The position numbers and the translations under genes are program-made. The notes beneath the pieces are model-generated. The model saw only the letters and a list, made by a program, of their open reading frames with translations. It was not told the origin of the DNA and made no database searches. DNA of 64,000 nucleotides from the human T2T-CHM13v2.0 reference genome, Homo sapiens, in NCBI RefSeq assembly GCF_009914755.1, contig NC_060942.1; one strand, given 5' to 3'. Shown piece by piece: positions 1 through 12,547 of the stretch (positions are counted from its first letter, which is position 1; each line of letters opens with the position of its first letter).

Positions 1-106
1 AGTGAGCCAAGATCGCGCCACTGCACTCCAGCCTGGGCGACAGAGCGAGACTCCATCTCAAAAAGCAAAAACAAAAACAAAAACAAAAACAAAAGAAAGA
101 AAAAAG
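1..106 (+). mobile_element. Alu 3' end (AluY/S-like) with A-rich (CAAAAA)n tail, cut by the window edge
   Basis: agtgagccaagatcgcgccactgcactccagcctgggcgacagagcgagactccatctc followed by an A-rich tail. Confidence 0.97.
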
Positions 107-1532
107 AAATGCGCAAAATAAGCTGGATAACATGGTTCCAAGAAATTAATTACTAACAGCTTTAGTTTAACAGACAGGATTTGTTATGGTTTAAAAAATT
201 TTTTAAGGGATTGGGAAAAAAATCCAAAAATCTCTGATGCAAAAACAACATACCTGATTTTAAGAACATTTTCAACTATTTAGTGATAAAATCGCAATGA
301 TTCTCCATTTCACCAATGTTTGACAGTCTTTTTAAAGAAGCAATACTTTGAATGAGATGAAATCAGTACACAAATGACGAAAAGTAAATCTTTATACAAT
401 CCTGTACTTATACATGGATATATTAGTATACTATAATAATATTGAAAAAACTGAATCTCTTTTCAATAAGTATTTATGTGTAGATCCTGAACTGGGGCAT
501 GCAATAAGAAAATCAACCTAAAAATTCTCAGCCACCAAAAATATCTTGATTCTTTGCTAATTGCCTACTTAAAATATAACAGACTATTTACAAATACTTT
601 AAAGAAAGTAATTACATGTTCTGGATAACATTTCTCCTGTTGTTATATTTTCTGTTATTTTCTGGGAAGTGCTTAGCCCTATTTAAAGAAATTAATTGCA
701 TCTTGTATTTTTTTAAATGATTAAGGGAATGTTTAATGTGTACTTTCAGATTCCAGAGAAATGTTGAAAAAATGAGAGTGGCCTTTAAGCTTCAAAATTC
801 AAATAACCTGAAGTCCAATGATGGAAGCACAAATCATTCACTCATTGTTGTATCACATAAATGGTGCCTGGGCAAAAAATAAAGAGAATGGAAGAATAAA
901 TAAAACTTTTTCACTTCGAGAAATGTGATTTGACTCCTGGTATCCCCAGAAAGAGCTGACAGTGGGTGAAAGTCAGTATAAGAAAGATAATCCAGGGTTT
1001 CCAAGCATAGCAGCATTGTTGACACATGAACCGGTTGTGACAGGTGTGAACACTGAAAACTTATTATAAATTAGCCAAACTGTTCACATCATCAATTACT
1101 CCCCAGCTCAGTGATACTCAGGCTTCTTGTTCTTCCTTGTCTGAACAGGCTGTGAATATCTCCCTCTAATAACCATTCTGGGGTTCCTTTGTGCCATAAT
1201 CGGTGTTTCCATTTTATTAAATTACTTCATCTTTCCGTTATGCCACATGTCGTAGGTGAGATGGAGTATAGAACATTTCAATATCTCGATAATAAGAACA
1301 GTAAAAATAACGCTAATTTAGAAGTCAAAGAAGTTCTTGAGACATGCATTTACACATGCATGTAATATAAGCTTATTTCAATCCTGTATAAATGGTATTA
1401 TATATATTAGCCTTAATTCATGTAAGATGAAAATACAATTTGATCTGTTCACATCAGTGTAGCACCATTGATTTAGCACCTTTGTGCAAAACATCAGCTT
1501 TTCAATAAAAAGTAAAACGCAGCTGCCTATAC

Positions 1533-1830
1533 TTTTTTTTTTTGTTTGAGACAGTCTTTCTCTGTCACCTAGTCTTTAGTGCAGTGGCGCTAGCATGGTT
1601 TACTGTAGCCTCAAATTCCTGGGCTAAAAGCAATCCTTCTGTCTCAGCCTCCCACGTAACTGGGATCACAGGCACTTGGCACTATGCACAGCTTATTTGA
1701 AAAAATGTTTTTGTAGAAACAGGATCTCACTATGTTGACCAGGCTGGTCTCGAACTCCGGGCCTCAAGGGATCCTTCCGCTTCAGCCTCCCAAGGCACTA
1801 GATTACAGGCATGAGCCACCTAACACGGCC
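1533..1830 (-). mobile_element. AluJ-like SINE
   Basis: Poly-T then diverged Alu reverse complement (cctcaaattcctgggctaaaagcaatcc); target-site duplication (TSD) gcctatact at 1525-1533 and 1832-1840. Confidence 0.95.
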
Positions 1831-1964
1831 AGCCTATACTTTTATGAAATGTTTGTTTTAATTATAGTTTTATATGTTTATATTTATATACATTATCTTA
1901 GAATATAAATATATAACATAAATATAAATTTTATATATTATATTCATATTTATATTTATATACA

Positions 1965-2525
1965 TTATTTTCTTTTAGATTGCCTTGAGTTATAATTTAC
2001 ATACAATACAATTTTTGTATTTTTAATGTCATTTGATAAATTTAGATAATTGTAGATAGTCATAAACTCATCACCAATCAACAGTTCTATGACACTAAAA
2101 AGTCTCCTAATTCTTCTTTACAATAGTTCATCCCCTCCTCTGACCTCTGACCCTAGACAATCCCTGGTCTCTCAGTCAATATTGTATATAGTTTTTTTTA
2201 TTTTCAGAATTCATGAAAATAGAATCATATAACATGGAGTCCTTTGTTTTTCACTTCATTTACTTGCGTTTGCATATATTAATTTTTCTAATTCATTGCT
2301 AATTAGTATTCTGTATGATGGACACATAGCAATTTGTTTATAATTCACCAGTTGATGGTCACTTAATTTTTGTCTGTTTTTTATTTGTATTATGAAACAT
2401 GGTTTTATGAACATTCATATAGATGTTTCTGTGTGGATGTATGATTTTCTCTGTTTTTTGGTTTTTGTTTTTCTCTGGAGTACATACCTAGAAGTTGGAT
2501 TGCTGGGCCATAGGATGTAAGTCTT
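1965..2525 (-). mobile_element. Old L1 (L1M-type) 3' region
   Basis: Reverse L1 3' motifs: gagttataatttacatacaat, attcaccagttgatggtcactta, atacctagaagttggattgctgggccatagg. Confidence 0.8.
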
Positions 2526-2569
2526 GTTCTCTAAGAAAAAAGATGCCCACATGGTATTAAATGGGAAAC

Positions 2570-2900
2570 ATTAGTACTTGGGAGAATAACTGAGAAAATA
2601 GGGAGAGAAGCAAAAAAGAGAAGGCTGTGGGAGGTTTCTGACTGCAGTAAGTCTGCAGCAATGTGGAGGAGGTGGGTGAGATCTTGTGGAGTCCAATCCG
2701 GTGGAGTCAGAGAAGCCATGGGGCGTCCTGAAGCCAAAGTCAGCAAGTGGATGACTGACTCCCCTGGCTGCCGTTGAGGGTCTCCCTGGTAACATGGTCA
2801 TGCTCCATCACCAGCTGAGGGCAGTGTGTGAGGACCACAGCCTCACTACAAAACTCATGGTGTAAATCCGAGTACAACAATTGGGACTCTCGGTCACCTC
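2570..2900. mobile_element. Probable old ERVL/MaLR-type LTR fragment
   Basis: GA/GC-richer island with LTR-like phrases (ccatggggcgtcctgaagccaaagtcagc, cagcctcactacaaaactcatggtg); family not resolved. Confidence 0.4.
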
Positions 2901-4139
2901 TGCTTCTTGTTGTCGGAGGTCCGGGGAGTGCTTTCTCCCACCCACCAGGTGTGTGAGAAGCTGCTGCTGTGTGCTTCATTCCCACTTGTGAGGGAAGACA
3001 GGTTTCAACCGCTTAACATCTCATGCTTTTCTTTTTGACTCGCCCCATCTAATGGAATACTGAAAAATCTTCTGTGTGGATGATCAACCTTAGAGTCTGA
3101 AGGGTGGAACCATGGGAATTATTAAGAAGCTGTTATGGTGGTCTTGGTGGCAAATGGCATTAATCCAAAGTCGCAGTTCTCCATGTGTGCTCCTAGGGGG
3201 ACACTCAGGGTCTCTGGGAGTCTGTGAGGTCAAAACACTTTTCAGTTCTAAGCTTTTCACTTTCTAACTCTTACACATAAGTGTACCATGGAATTTTCTA
3301 AATGTAACATAACCTGATAGTTTAATTAATCTGATGGCTAATGCAATGTTTGCTCATCTATTCTGATGTTTTCTAGAATTTTCTAAATAGGTGTAGGTTA
3401 TCATATGTGTGTTTTCAGAGATTATTCACCCTATTTTTAAGTATTTCAGCAGTGCTGTTTTCAGCTATCTTTGGTTACACCTGTAATAATCTTTGTGATG
3501 ACATTATTATCCAAGAAATCATTAGTTAGAAATCCCCAAAATTTATTTGCTGCCATACAAAAAATCAAGAATTACACTCTGCTATTTTATTTAAACATTT
3601 TAAAACTTTTCTAAATTTTTGAATTTTACCTAACATTATTTTAAAGTTTAATATTTTTAAACTAAAGGAATGTATCTATTTTTAGATTTTAAAAATGGAA
3701 AACAGGAGACTCATTTACTCAATCCTAGATCACTATCTATTTCCTAAGATGGTGAAAAAAAAAATGAACCCAACATATCAGAAAAGTATCTCATGCATAG
3801 AATAGGAAATCTCCTCCAAAGCAATTGAGTAAAACTACAAATAAGAATTAAATAATGCAAAATGTCATAATTCCATTGACTTTATATATGTTAACAACTT
3901 ATCATTTTAGCAACAGGGAAAATAATACCATGGTGCTCGTTATGGTAGGATCATTTTGAAACCAATAATTTAGAACTGTAAAAATGGATTGAATAATTAT
4001 CTAGATGTGATCATCTCTTTAAAAGCCAAAGATTATCTGGTACATTTTTCCAATGCACAAATGAAAAGAACACTGATGCCTCTTGCTGGGAACACTGTCA
4101 TATTCCATTGGCTGTGAAAGCACAGCTTGGTGAATATCA

Positions 4140-5095
4140 AAATCTTGTACAATTGACATTCCTGAATACTTGTTGAAAGAAATGTCAGTAAAATAAATCA
4201 AGGCAGTGACATTTTCACTGATACAGCAACTCTCCAAATTATAGGTTTAGCTGTAAGCATGCAGGATAAATTAATATTTTGTTTGCAGAATAACACATTT
4301 AACATTCAAATGGATGGATCTACAGATATGGATAGAGCTTTATTTTGCTATTATTCATCTGGTATCAACCCCAACAAATCATCAAAAATAGTCATGAATT
4401 CTTGGTGACAATCATAATTAGTGCAGAAAAAAAAAAAACTTTTTTGAGTTGCATGGTTGATGTTGGAGCAACTTTGAATGCTGAACTGCCACAAGACACA
4501 AAGGACTTGCAAAAACACTGTAACCAAACTTTAGCTTGACCTTCAACTGCACTGGTGCATGTCCCAAAGCCGACCCCCAGTCCCTGAGCCCTTGTGCTAA
4601 GTCTTCCCTTAAGAAAATGCAATATTGCCAAACTGCAAAAATGTACATTGTCCCAACCTACACTGTCAAACCATTTTCAATGATTCTCTTCCCATCCCCC
4701 TTCTGTAATTTTCCATTCCCCTGTAGCCCACCTAGTTCCTTTTTGTTTTTTCTTTTTTATTTTGACACAACGTTGCTGACATTTGCAATAATGGTGCAGA
4801 AATGATAGTGGTTGATATTTCTGGGGCTTTAGCATGAATCGAGGCAGTAGAAACGAATTGCACCAGTAGTCGTGAAACTCTTCACTGACACAAGCTCCCA
4901 ATTAAAAGTAATGCCAGTTTTATTTAGTAATGAACTTTACTAAGCAGTAAGATACATTTAAGGTTATTAATCCAGACTACTGAGTATACATCTATTTAAT
5001 ATTCTGTGTAACGAATCTGGGAGTATATAAATCCCTCTGCTGCATACTGAAACCCAGTGCTTGTCCCCAGAAAAAGCACATCTGTGGTTGAGTTT
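4140..5095 (+). pseudogene. Decayed hAT (Charlie/Buster, ZBED5-like) transposase coding remnant
   Basis: Manual translation across frameshifts gives KSCTIDIPEYLL, LQNNTFNIQMDGSTD (catalytic DESTD motif), ADICNNGAEM, NCTSSRETLH*H (CxxH region) and LLLHTETQCLSPEK (HTEVRWLSRGK motif); many stops. Confidence 0.85.
4461..4768. mobile_element. ~310-bp LTR-like insertion interrupting the Charlie transposase
   Basis: Transposase homology stops after FFELHG (4460) and resumes at VADIC (about 4770); the insert starts TGTTGGAG and ends CA; family not identified. Confidence 0.55.
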
Positions 5096-6099
5096 CAAGT
5101 TTAACTAATTGCTTTTTTCACTTGATACTATTTTCAATCAGAAAAGCATTGATAGAAAAACAATAGTTTTTCAGACTCGTGTTTGTCAGATATATCTGAA
5201 AAAATGAAAAATAATGCTCTAAAATATTTGTAATGCATGCATAATGCATGCATATGACATATATACATATATCTCTATATGTAGGACTTTAAAGAAATAC
5301 AATTGTGAAAACTTATTTTTGCCATAGTGAAATAAATAGCTTCCATTACTTAAAAGAACTTTCACACGAGATTTGTGACAATATTAATGAGCACATTTAC
5401 TTAATATTATGTGATTAAAGTTGGCAACACATGAAAGATCTGCGTAATTCAGTAGACCAGTATTTTCCAAAATGACCCATTTGTACGGTTATAATACTTT
5501 GTATGGGTAAAATATTTTTTCAAAATTTAAGATGTGTCAATGGATTTTAGCATAACAGATAAACAAGTTCTTTGACATAATTATGCATTTCACATTGCAA
5601 ATACTCTTTAAGAAACTGCCACTTGACAGTTTTAGTATAGTAGCAAATAAAAATAATCTATATTTATCTGAAAAAGCTCATTAAATACTCTTTCATTTTT
5701 CAGCTACCTTTTTGTGTAAGGCCAGATTTTCTCTGCATACTTCAACCAAAATAATAAACTGCAAAAATGTTGAATGCAGAAGCAAATGTGGGAATCCAGT
5801 GTCTTTCATAAGCTAGACATTAAAGAAAATTTCAAAAATGTAAAACAATGCTACTTTAAAAAAAGTGTAACTTACAGTTTTTATAAAACAGTGTAAATTA
5901 ACATGCATGGAATTTATTGCTATGTAAATGAATTTAAAATACATATTATATATACATTTTTTAAAAGTTTTTCAGTTTTAATTCCGGAACTGGTAAATAT
6001 CAATAGATGTAAAGCTCTGCGGGACTGCTAATACCATGATGTTTAAACCTAGAAAGGGAAGTGGGTCACAGGTCCAAAAATTTGAGAACCACTGACCTA

Positions 6100-6410
6100 A
6101 AAGAAGGTAATAGTTGTACAGGCAGTGAGAAGTTGCAAACTTCCATGTAAATTTTAAAGAAATAATTAATGGCATTTCAAAAACAACAACAACAAATTGG
6201 GGATAGGAGGGATACTGCAAAGCATATAGTGGTCATAGGCATGGCAGGAGAAGAGTTAGTTTCTGACATGTCAACTTTAAAAATGACTGTTAGATATACA
6301 GGTGAAGAATTTGAGTTTTCAATTGGATGTCCTCATGTGGATTTCCATGAAGCAACTGTTGCTGAATTACACATTTGAAAGTTGTTAGAATATTGATGAC
6401 ATTTAAGGAC
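6100..6410 (-). mobile_element. L2 remnant (continues left of the Charlie element, about 3115-3165)
   Basis: Reverse L2-like phrases: ggcagtgagaagttg, gagttttcaattggatgt, catttgaaagttgttagaatattgatgacatttaag. Confidence 0.55.
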
Positions 6411-6694
6411 AGGATAGCTTCACTCATCTCAGGAAACATGTGGTTGATCTACTTAATCGGCTCACCCCATGCCCTAAATTGCTTACATGTGCTTTTTCTG
6501 CAACTTTCCAATGTTTAGCCTTCAGGTTTGTTTGTTTATTTATTTATTCATTTATTTATTTACTTATTTTCTCTCTCTCAGAAGCCATGGTTTTAGTTAC
6601 TTGGGCAACTGCGAAAGACTTTCTGAGAAACAGAAAACCCTCTCTCCATTATGATACCTCTCTGGAAATGTTAAACACTGAAAGTTGGAGCCAG

Positions 6695-6983
6695 GGCTGG
6701 ACATGGTGGCTCACACCTGTAATCCCAGGATTTTGGGAGGCTGAGGCAGGAAGATTGATTGAGTCCAGGAGTTCAGAACCAGCCTGGGCAACACAGCAAG
6801 ATCCCTGTCTCTACAAAAAATCAAAAATTAGCTGAGTGTGGTGGTGCACAACTGTAGTCCAGGCTACTCAGGAGGCTGAGGAAGGAGAATTGCTTGAGCC
6901 TGGGAGGTTGAGGCTGTAGTGAGCCGTGATTACGCCACTGCACTCAGCTTGGGCAACAGAATGAGACACTGTCTCAAAAAAGA
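6695..6983 (+). mobile_element. AluJ-like SINE
   Basis: ggctggacatggtggctcacacctgtaatccc ... ttgagtccaggagttc ... gcctgggcaacacagcaagatccc (J diagnostics). Confidence 0.95.
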
Positions 6984-7426
6984 ATTAGAGCAAACATTTT
7001 CATTTTTCTATAAGTGTCAAGTTTGGTGTTCTGGCTGCTGGGTCTGAGGGAGAATCACAGAACTGGATCATTTCTTTGAGTAAACTCAGCCTTAGGTTTT
7101 AATCAAAATAAGATAGTTATGTTGAGGGAGATTGGTTAAATCTTCAATATCTGTGTGGGTTCATTTCTTTAAAAAAATTTCTAAGTGTTTGAAAACAGTT
7201 ATAGTCTGGTATGTTATACATGCACATACAAACACACATATAAAAATATACATAGATACATATTACTATGTGTATATATGTTGTATATTTGTATGAACAT
7301 ATATATGCATATATATAATTTTTGATTTCTGTAACTGATCAGCCACTGAAAATTTTAATTTGTGTGAAAATGCTTTGGTAAAAATAAGAAAAATATTATC
7401 TTTCTAGCTGATCCAGTAATATATAA

Positions 7427-7810
<384 letters not shown>

Positions 7811-8284
7811 TAATAAAATGCGTTTTCTGTAAAGTCTTTGGCCTCTGTCTTAAACTAGTTTTTTAATTTTCTCAAATACTCTTACTAGTGTTAAAACCAT
7901 TATATACAAATAAGAAATGGTATTTAATAATAACTGTTAAAAGTGTACTTCTATTTCTTATCTGGGCTAAACAGCTCTATATTTTCTTTGCCTTCATAAG
8001 TTTGATTTTGAGATGAGAAGTCTTTCTTTAGTTTATTCTAGAAACTTATGCAACTTCCTTAGTCCATCTTTGTCTATAAAGCTTCCAATTGTAGCACTGA
8101 TGTCTCCTGAGCCTGATGAAATTATATCTCCCCTTCAGCAGTAGAGTTTCTTTACGACATAATGTTCTGCCCATTGTAATTCACAAGGAATTCTGTAAGT
8201 TTAAAACAATTGAAGATGTCCTTTTAAAAATATGCAAGATTAGCAGTATTTAAGAGTTTTACAATTAAAAAAAAATACATCATG

Positions 8285-8475
8285 GGCCAGGCACGGTGGC
8301 TTACGCCTGTAATCCCAGCACTTTGGGAGGCCGAGGCGGGTGGATCACGAGGTCAGGAGATCGAGACCATCCTGGCTAACTCAGTGAAACCCAGTCTCTA
8401 CTAAAAATACAAAAAAATTAGCCAGGCATGGTGGTGGGTACCTGTAGTCCCAGCTACTTGGAAGGCTGAGGCAGG
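8285..8475 (+). mobile_element. AluY-like SINE, 5' part (split by the LTR insertion)
   Basis: gagatcgagaccatcctggctaac diagnostic; breaks at ...ggctgaggcagg; Alu TSD aaaaatacat(c/a)atg at about 8271-8284 and 9852-9866. Confidence 0.95.
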
Positions 8476-9718
8476 TGGATAACTATAAAGGATAACTGTT
8501 CTCCTGTATTAGGTACAGCCTGGGAAATTTCAATGGTTTTGTTTGCTGTTGAAGCAGAAGAAAAGGGTGTTTGGACAAACAGAAGTATCATAAGTGGCAG
8601 CAGTCCAGTTGGCTGGACTGGCAGTCCGGCTGGAGCCGCAGCAGAGGAACATAAATTGTGAAGATTTCATTTTAATATGGACATATATCAGTTCCGAAAT
8701 AATACTTTTATAATTTCTTATGCCTGTCTTTACTTTAATGTCTAAATATAAATTGTGAAGATGTCATTTTAATATGGACATTTATCAGTTCCCAAAATTA
8801 ATAGTTTTATAATTTCTTATGCCCATCTTTACTTTAATCTCTTAATCCTGTTATCTTCGTGAGCTGAGAATGTACGTCACCTCTGGACCACTGTGACAAC
8901 TGTGTTAACTGTACAAATTGATTGTAAAACATGTGTGTTTGAACAATATGAAATCAGTGCACCTTGAAAAAGAACAGAATAACAGCGATTTTCAGGGAAC
9001 AAGGGAAGACAACGATAAGATCTGATTGCCTGTGGGATCGGGCAAAATAAAGCCATATTTTTCTTCTTTCAGAGAGCCTGTAAACAGATGTGCAAATAGG
9101 GAAGATATCGCTAAATTATTTTCCCAGCAAGGAATATTAATAATTAATACCCTGGGGAAGGAATGCATTCCTGGGGGAAGGTCTATAAACGGCCGCTCTG
9201 GGATTGTCTGTCTTATGTGGTTGAGATAAGGACTGAAATACGCCCTGGTCTCCTGCAGTACCCTCAGGCTTACTAGGATTGGGAAACCCCGCCCTGGTAA
9301 ATTTGAGGTCACACTGGTTCTCTGCTTTCAAGTCCTGTTTTCTGTTGTTTAAGATGTTTATCAAGACAATCCATGCACAGCTGAACATAGACCCTTATCA
9401 GTAGTTCTGTTTTGCCTTTTGTCTTGTTTCCTCAGAAGCATGTGATCTTTGTTCTCCTTTTTGCCCTTTGAAGCATGTGATCTTTGTGACCTACTCCCCG
9501 TTCGTACACCACCTCCCCTTTTGAAACCCTTAATAAAAACCTGCTGGTTTTATGGCTCAGCTGGGCATCACGGTCCTACCGATATGTGATGTCACCCCCG
9601 GAGGCCCAGCTGTGAAATTCCTCTCTTTGTATTCTTTCTGTTTATTTCTCAGCCAGCCAACACTTATGGAAAATAGAAAGAACCTATGTTGAAATATTGG
9701 GGGTGGGTTCCCCTGATA
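8476..9718 (+). mobile_element. MER11 (ERVK, HERV-K11/HML-8) solo LTR with a rearranged 5' end
   Basis: ccggctggagccgcagcagaggaacataaattgtgaag from 8626; tataaa at 9184; aataaa at 9532; end gggggtgggttcccctgata; 6-bp TSD GGCAGG at 8470-8475 and 9719-9724. Confidence 0.92.
8483..8608 (-). repeat. 126-bp inverted copy of 10115-10240
   Basis: Gapless reverse-complement match with 6 mismatches, 4 of them reciprocal TG/CA changes at two former CpGs. Confidence 0.97.
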
Positions 9719-9856
9719 GGCAGGAGAATGGCATGTACCTGGGAGGCGGAGCTTGCAGTGAGCTGAGATCGCGCCACTGCACTCCAGCCTGGGCGACAGA
9801 GCGAGACTCCATCTCAAACAAAACAAACCAAAACAAAACAACAACAACAACAAAAA
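9719..9856 (+). mobile_element. AluY-like SINE, 3' part with (CAAAA)n/(CAA)n tail
   Basis: ggcaggagaatggc...ggagcttgcagtgagc resumes exactly where 8475 stopped. Confidence 0.95.
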
Positions 9857-10218
9857 TACATAATGAAGTCAAACCAGCCAAACTGTTCTTTCATGAAAAG
9901 TTGCTTTCTCACCTCTCTCCTAGACTAAAACCATAGGTGTGTTTGTTGTTAACCCTGAGTGGAGGCATGAGCAAGTCACATCCTTGCCTGCATATCCACC
10001 ACCTCCTCTTCTCAGCTGTGAGATCTCTCCAGGCTGACCGTGCTGCACCCACGCCACAGCAGACTCATAGGAAAAGATGGCCCTGACACTCCTGGGTTGG
10101 GTCTGTCTAGGTAGCTGGACTGCTGCCAGTTATGATACTTCTGTTTGTCCAAATGCCCTTTTCTTCTGCTTCAATGGCAAACAAAACCATTGAAATTTCC
10201 CAGGCTGTACCTAATACA

Positions 10219-10350
10219 GGAGAACAGTTCTCCTTTATAGACTCAGATATCCATAATATCTGGGAATTCTGTGGTCCCTTATCCTTTCCCTTTTCCAGAA
10301 ATGGCCTGGGTTCACCAGTAGCATACAGCACCCTTAAGGGTCCCACTGTG
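10219..10350 (+). repeat. Diverged direct repeat, copy 1 (copy 2 at 11816-11948)
   Basis: Shared gaacagtt-tcctttata, ttttccaga-atggcctgg and an identical 22-mer acagcacccttaagggtcccac. Confidence 0.9.
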
Positions 10351-10719
10351 TTCTATGATCTCCTCCTGCTGTGCACTTTCAGTAGCTTTCCCAGTCTGAA
10401 GAAAACATGGCTTTAACATTGGACTAATCAAACTTCCTTTCAAATCTATATTACTCCCAGCCAAAATGTTTTTGCCATAATGCCTTTAAAGACCAATAAT
10501 TTGTCCCCCATCATGCCTTCTCCAAGGCAAAAGATATTGCAGGTGTGGTCAGCCACATCCTGGGTGAAACAGAGCAGCAAAGCATATCGTGGAAAGGGAT
10601 AGTTCTTGGTATTTCAAAATATCCCATGCCTCACTTTATAAATGTATCTGAATCCCTGACATTCCTCATTTGAATATTATATATTAATATTTTTAAATAT
10701 GCGTAACTTTATACATATA

Positions 10720-11017
10720 TTTATTTATTTATTTCCTTAGGGACAGAGTCTTACTCTGTCGGCCAGGCTGGAGTGCAGTGGCACAATCTGGGGTCACTGC
10801 AAACTCTGCCTTCTGGGCTCAAGCTATTCTCCTGCCTCATCTCATGAGTAGCGACTACAGGTGTGAGCCACCACACTCGACTAATTTTTGTATTTTTAGT
10901 AGAGATGGGGTTTCACCATGTTGGCCAGGCTGGTCTCGAACTCCTGACCTCAGGTAATCCGCCTGTCCCAGCATCCCAAAGTGCTGCGATTACATGAGTG
11001 CACCACCACGCCCAGCC
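10720..11017 (-). mobile_element. AluS-like SINE
   Basis: Reverse Alu with (TTTA)n tail; TSD-like acatatatttattt / acatatctttattt. Confidence 0.95.
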
Positions 11018-11815
11018 ACATATCTTTATTTTTTGGTATTGAAAGTCATCGTCAAAAACTGACATAACCACTAACAGTTTATTATACTAAGTTGAACAAA
11101 CATGGGATTTATCTCGGGTTAATTTTACAAGCTTATTAAAGGCTCTGCCTATGAGCCCTTTGACTTGTTACCCCATTTATATATATGTAATTTTGAATGT
11201 ATATAGTTATATATTTGTTATATTTATTCTGGAGAAACGCATCACTGATATAATCTAAGAAAGAATCAGTTCCCTTTCTAGCACTATTTTTAGGAAGAAC
11301 ATTTTGACGCTTTGTCTTTCTTTGTACATTCTTCTCATGCGTGAATGGTGAAAAAGCTCTGCTATCATGCACACAAACCAATCTTTCACACAGGAAGTGT
11401 GTTTTAAACAGAAAGAACATTTTATCTTAGAAGGGGGAAGGAATGCAGAGTCTATTGCAGATGTCATTATCTTTTGTACCTTTTTTAATCTGGAAAGACA
11501 AGAGATGTATAAAATAACATTTCGCTCCCTGGTGTTTTCATAATATCACACAATAATTTGATGGTTCTTGTCATAAAAATATGATTTGAGTATTACTTAG
11601 AATCACGTTTACTAGTCTGAAATATCTTAAATAACTTTTTATCATAAATATCATTAGTTTATTTTAAATATTAGTATACTTGTCAGCACTGAAGAACATG
11701 GATGCTCATAGTAACATTAATTATCACATAAAGGTTTGTGATATGACATGCTTTGTCCCTCATTTCCATGAATAAATGAGTTGTTGGTTGGTTCTTGATT
11801 TTAAGGTACAACAAA

Positions 11816-11948
11816 GGAGGAACAGTTGTCCTTTATACCCTCAAATGCCCACTATATATTGAAATTCTTTGGTCCCTCATCCTACCATTTTTCCAGAGAT
11901 GGCCTGGATTTGGAGGTAGCACACAGCACCCTTAAGGGTCCCACCATG
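11816..11948 (+). repeat. Diverged direct repeat, copy 2 (of 10219-10350)
   Basis: Colinear similarity of about 80% by eye, with the identical 22-mer at its 3' end. Confidence 0.9.
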
Positions 11949-11996
11949 ATAATCAAAGAGAGTAAAGAATTTTAGGTTCAAAAATGGTATTGTTTT

Positions 11997-12328
<332 letters not shown>

Positions 12329-12547
12329 TCATTATGGAAACTGAAAATTCATCTTTTTTTGCAAAGATAATATCTGCTACAGATTTCGAAAGCCTTTGCT
12401 AATAATCCCTGAATGCAAAAGTTCATAATGAGTCCAGTTGTATCTTCTATGGTATAAAATCACAGAGCAACATAATCAGCATCCTTTTGGGGACAAGTAT
12501 GAGAAGCTGGGTTATGATAGTTGTGGTGGGGACGTGATCATGGTAAC

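Larger units (their letters stand above)
3171..6094 (+). mobile_element. Near full-length hAT DNA transposon, Charlie1-type, inserted in an L2 remnant
   Basis: Right terminal inverted repeat (TIR) tttgagaaccactg (6081-6094); degenerate left TIR tcgcagttctccatgtgtgctcc (3171); possible degenerate 8-bp TSD atccaaag/acctaaaa; internal transposase motifs. Confidence 0.85.

Noticed and set aside
4345-4539. ORF with transposase similarity as a possible domesticated gene
   Set aside because: The surrounding frame has multiple stops, frameshifts and a 310-bp insertion, so it is a dead copy.
8650-8845. ~97-bp tandem duplication inside the MER11 LTR
   Set aside because: As I recall, MER11 subfamilies natively carry tandem copies of this aacataaattgtgaag block, so it is probably not locus-specific.
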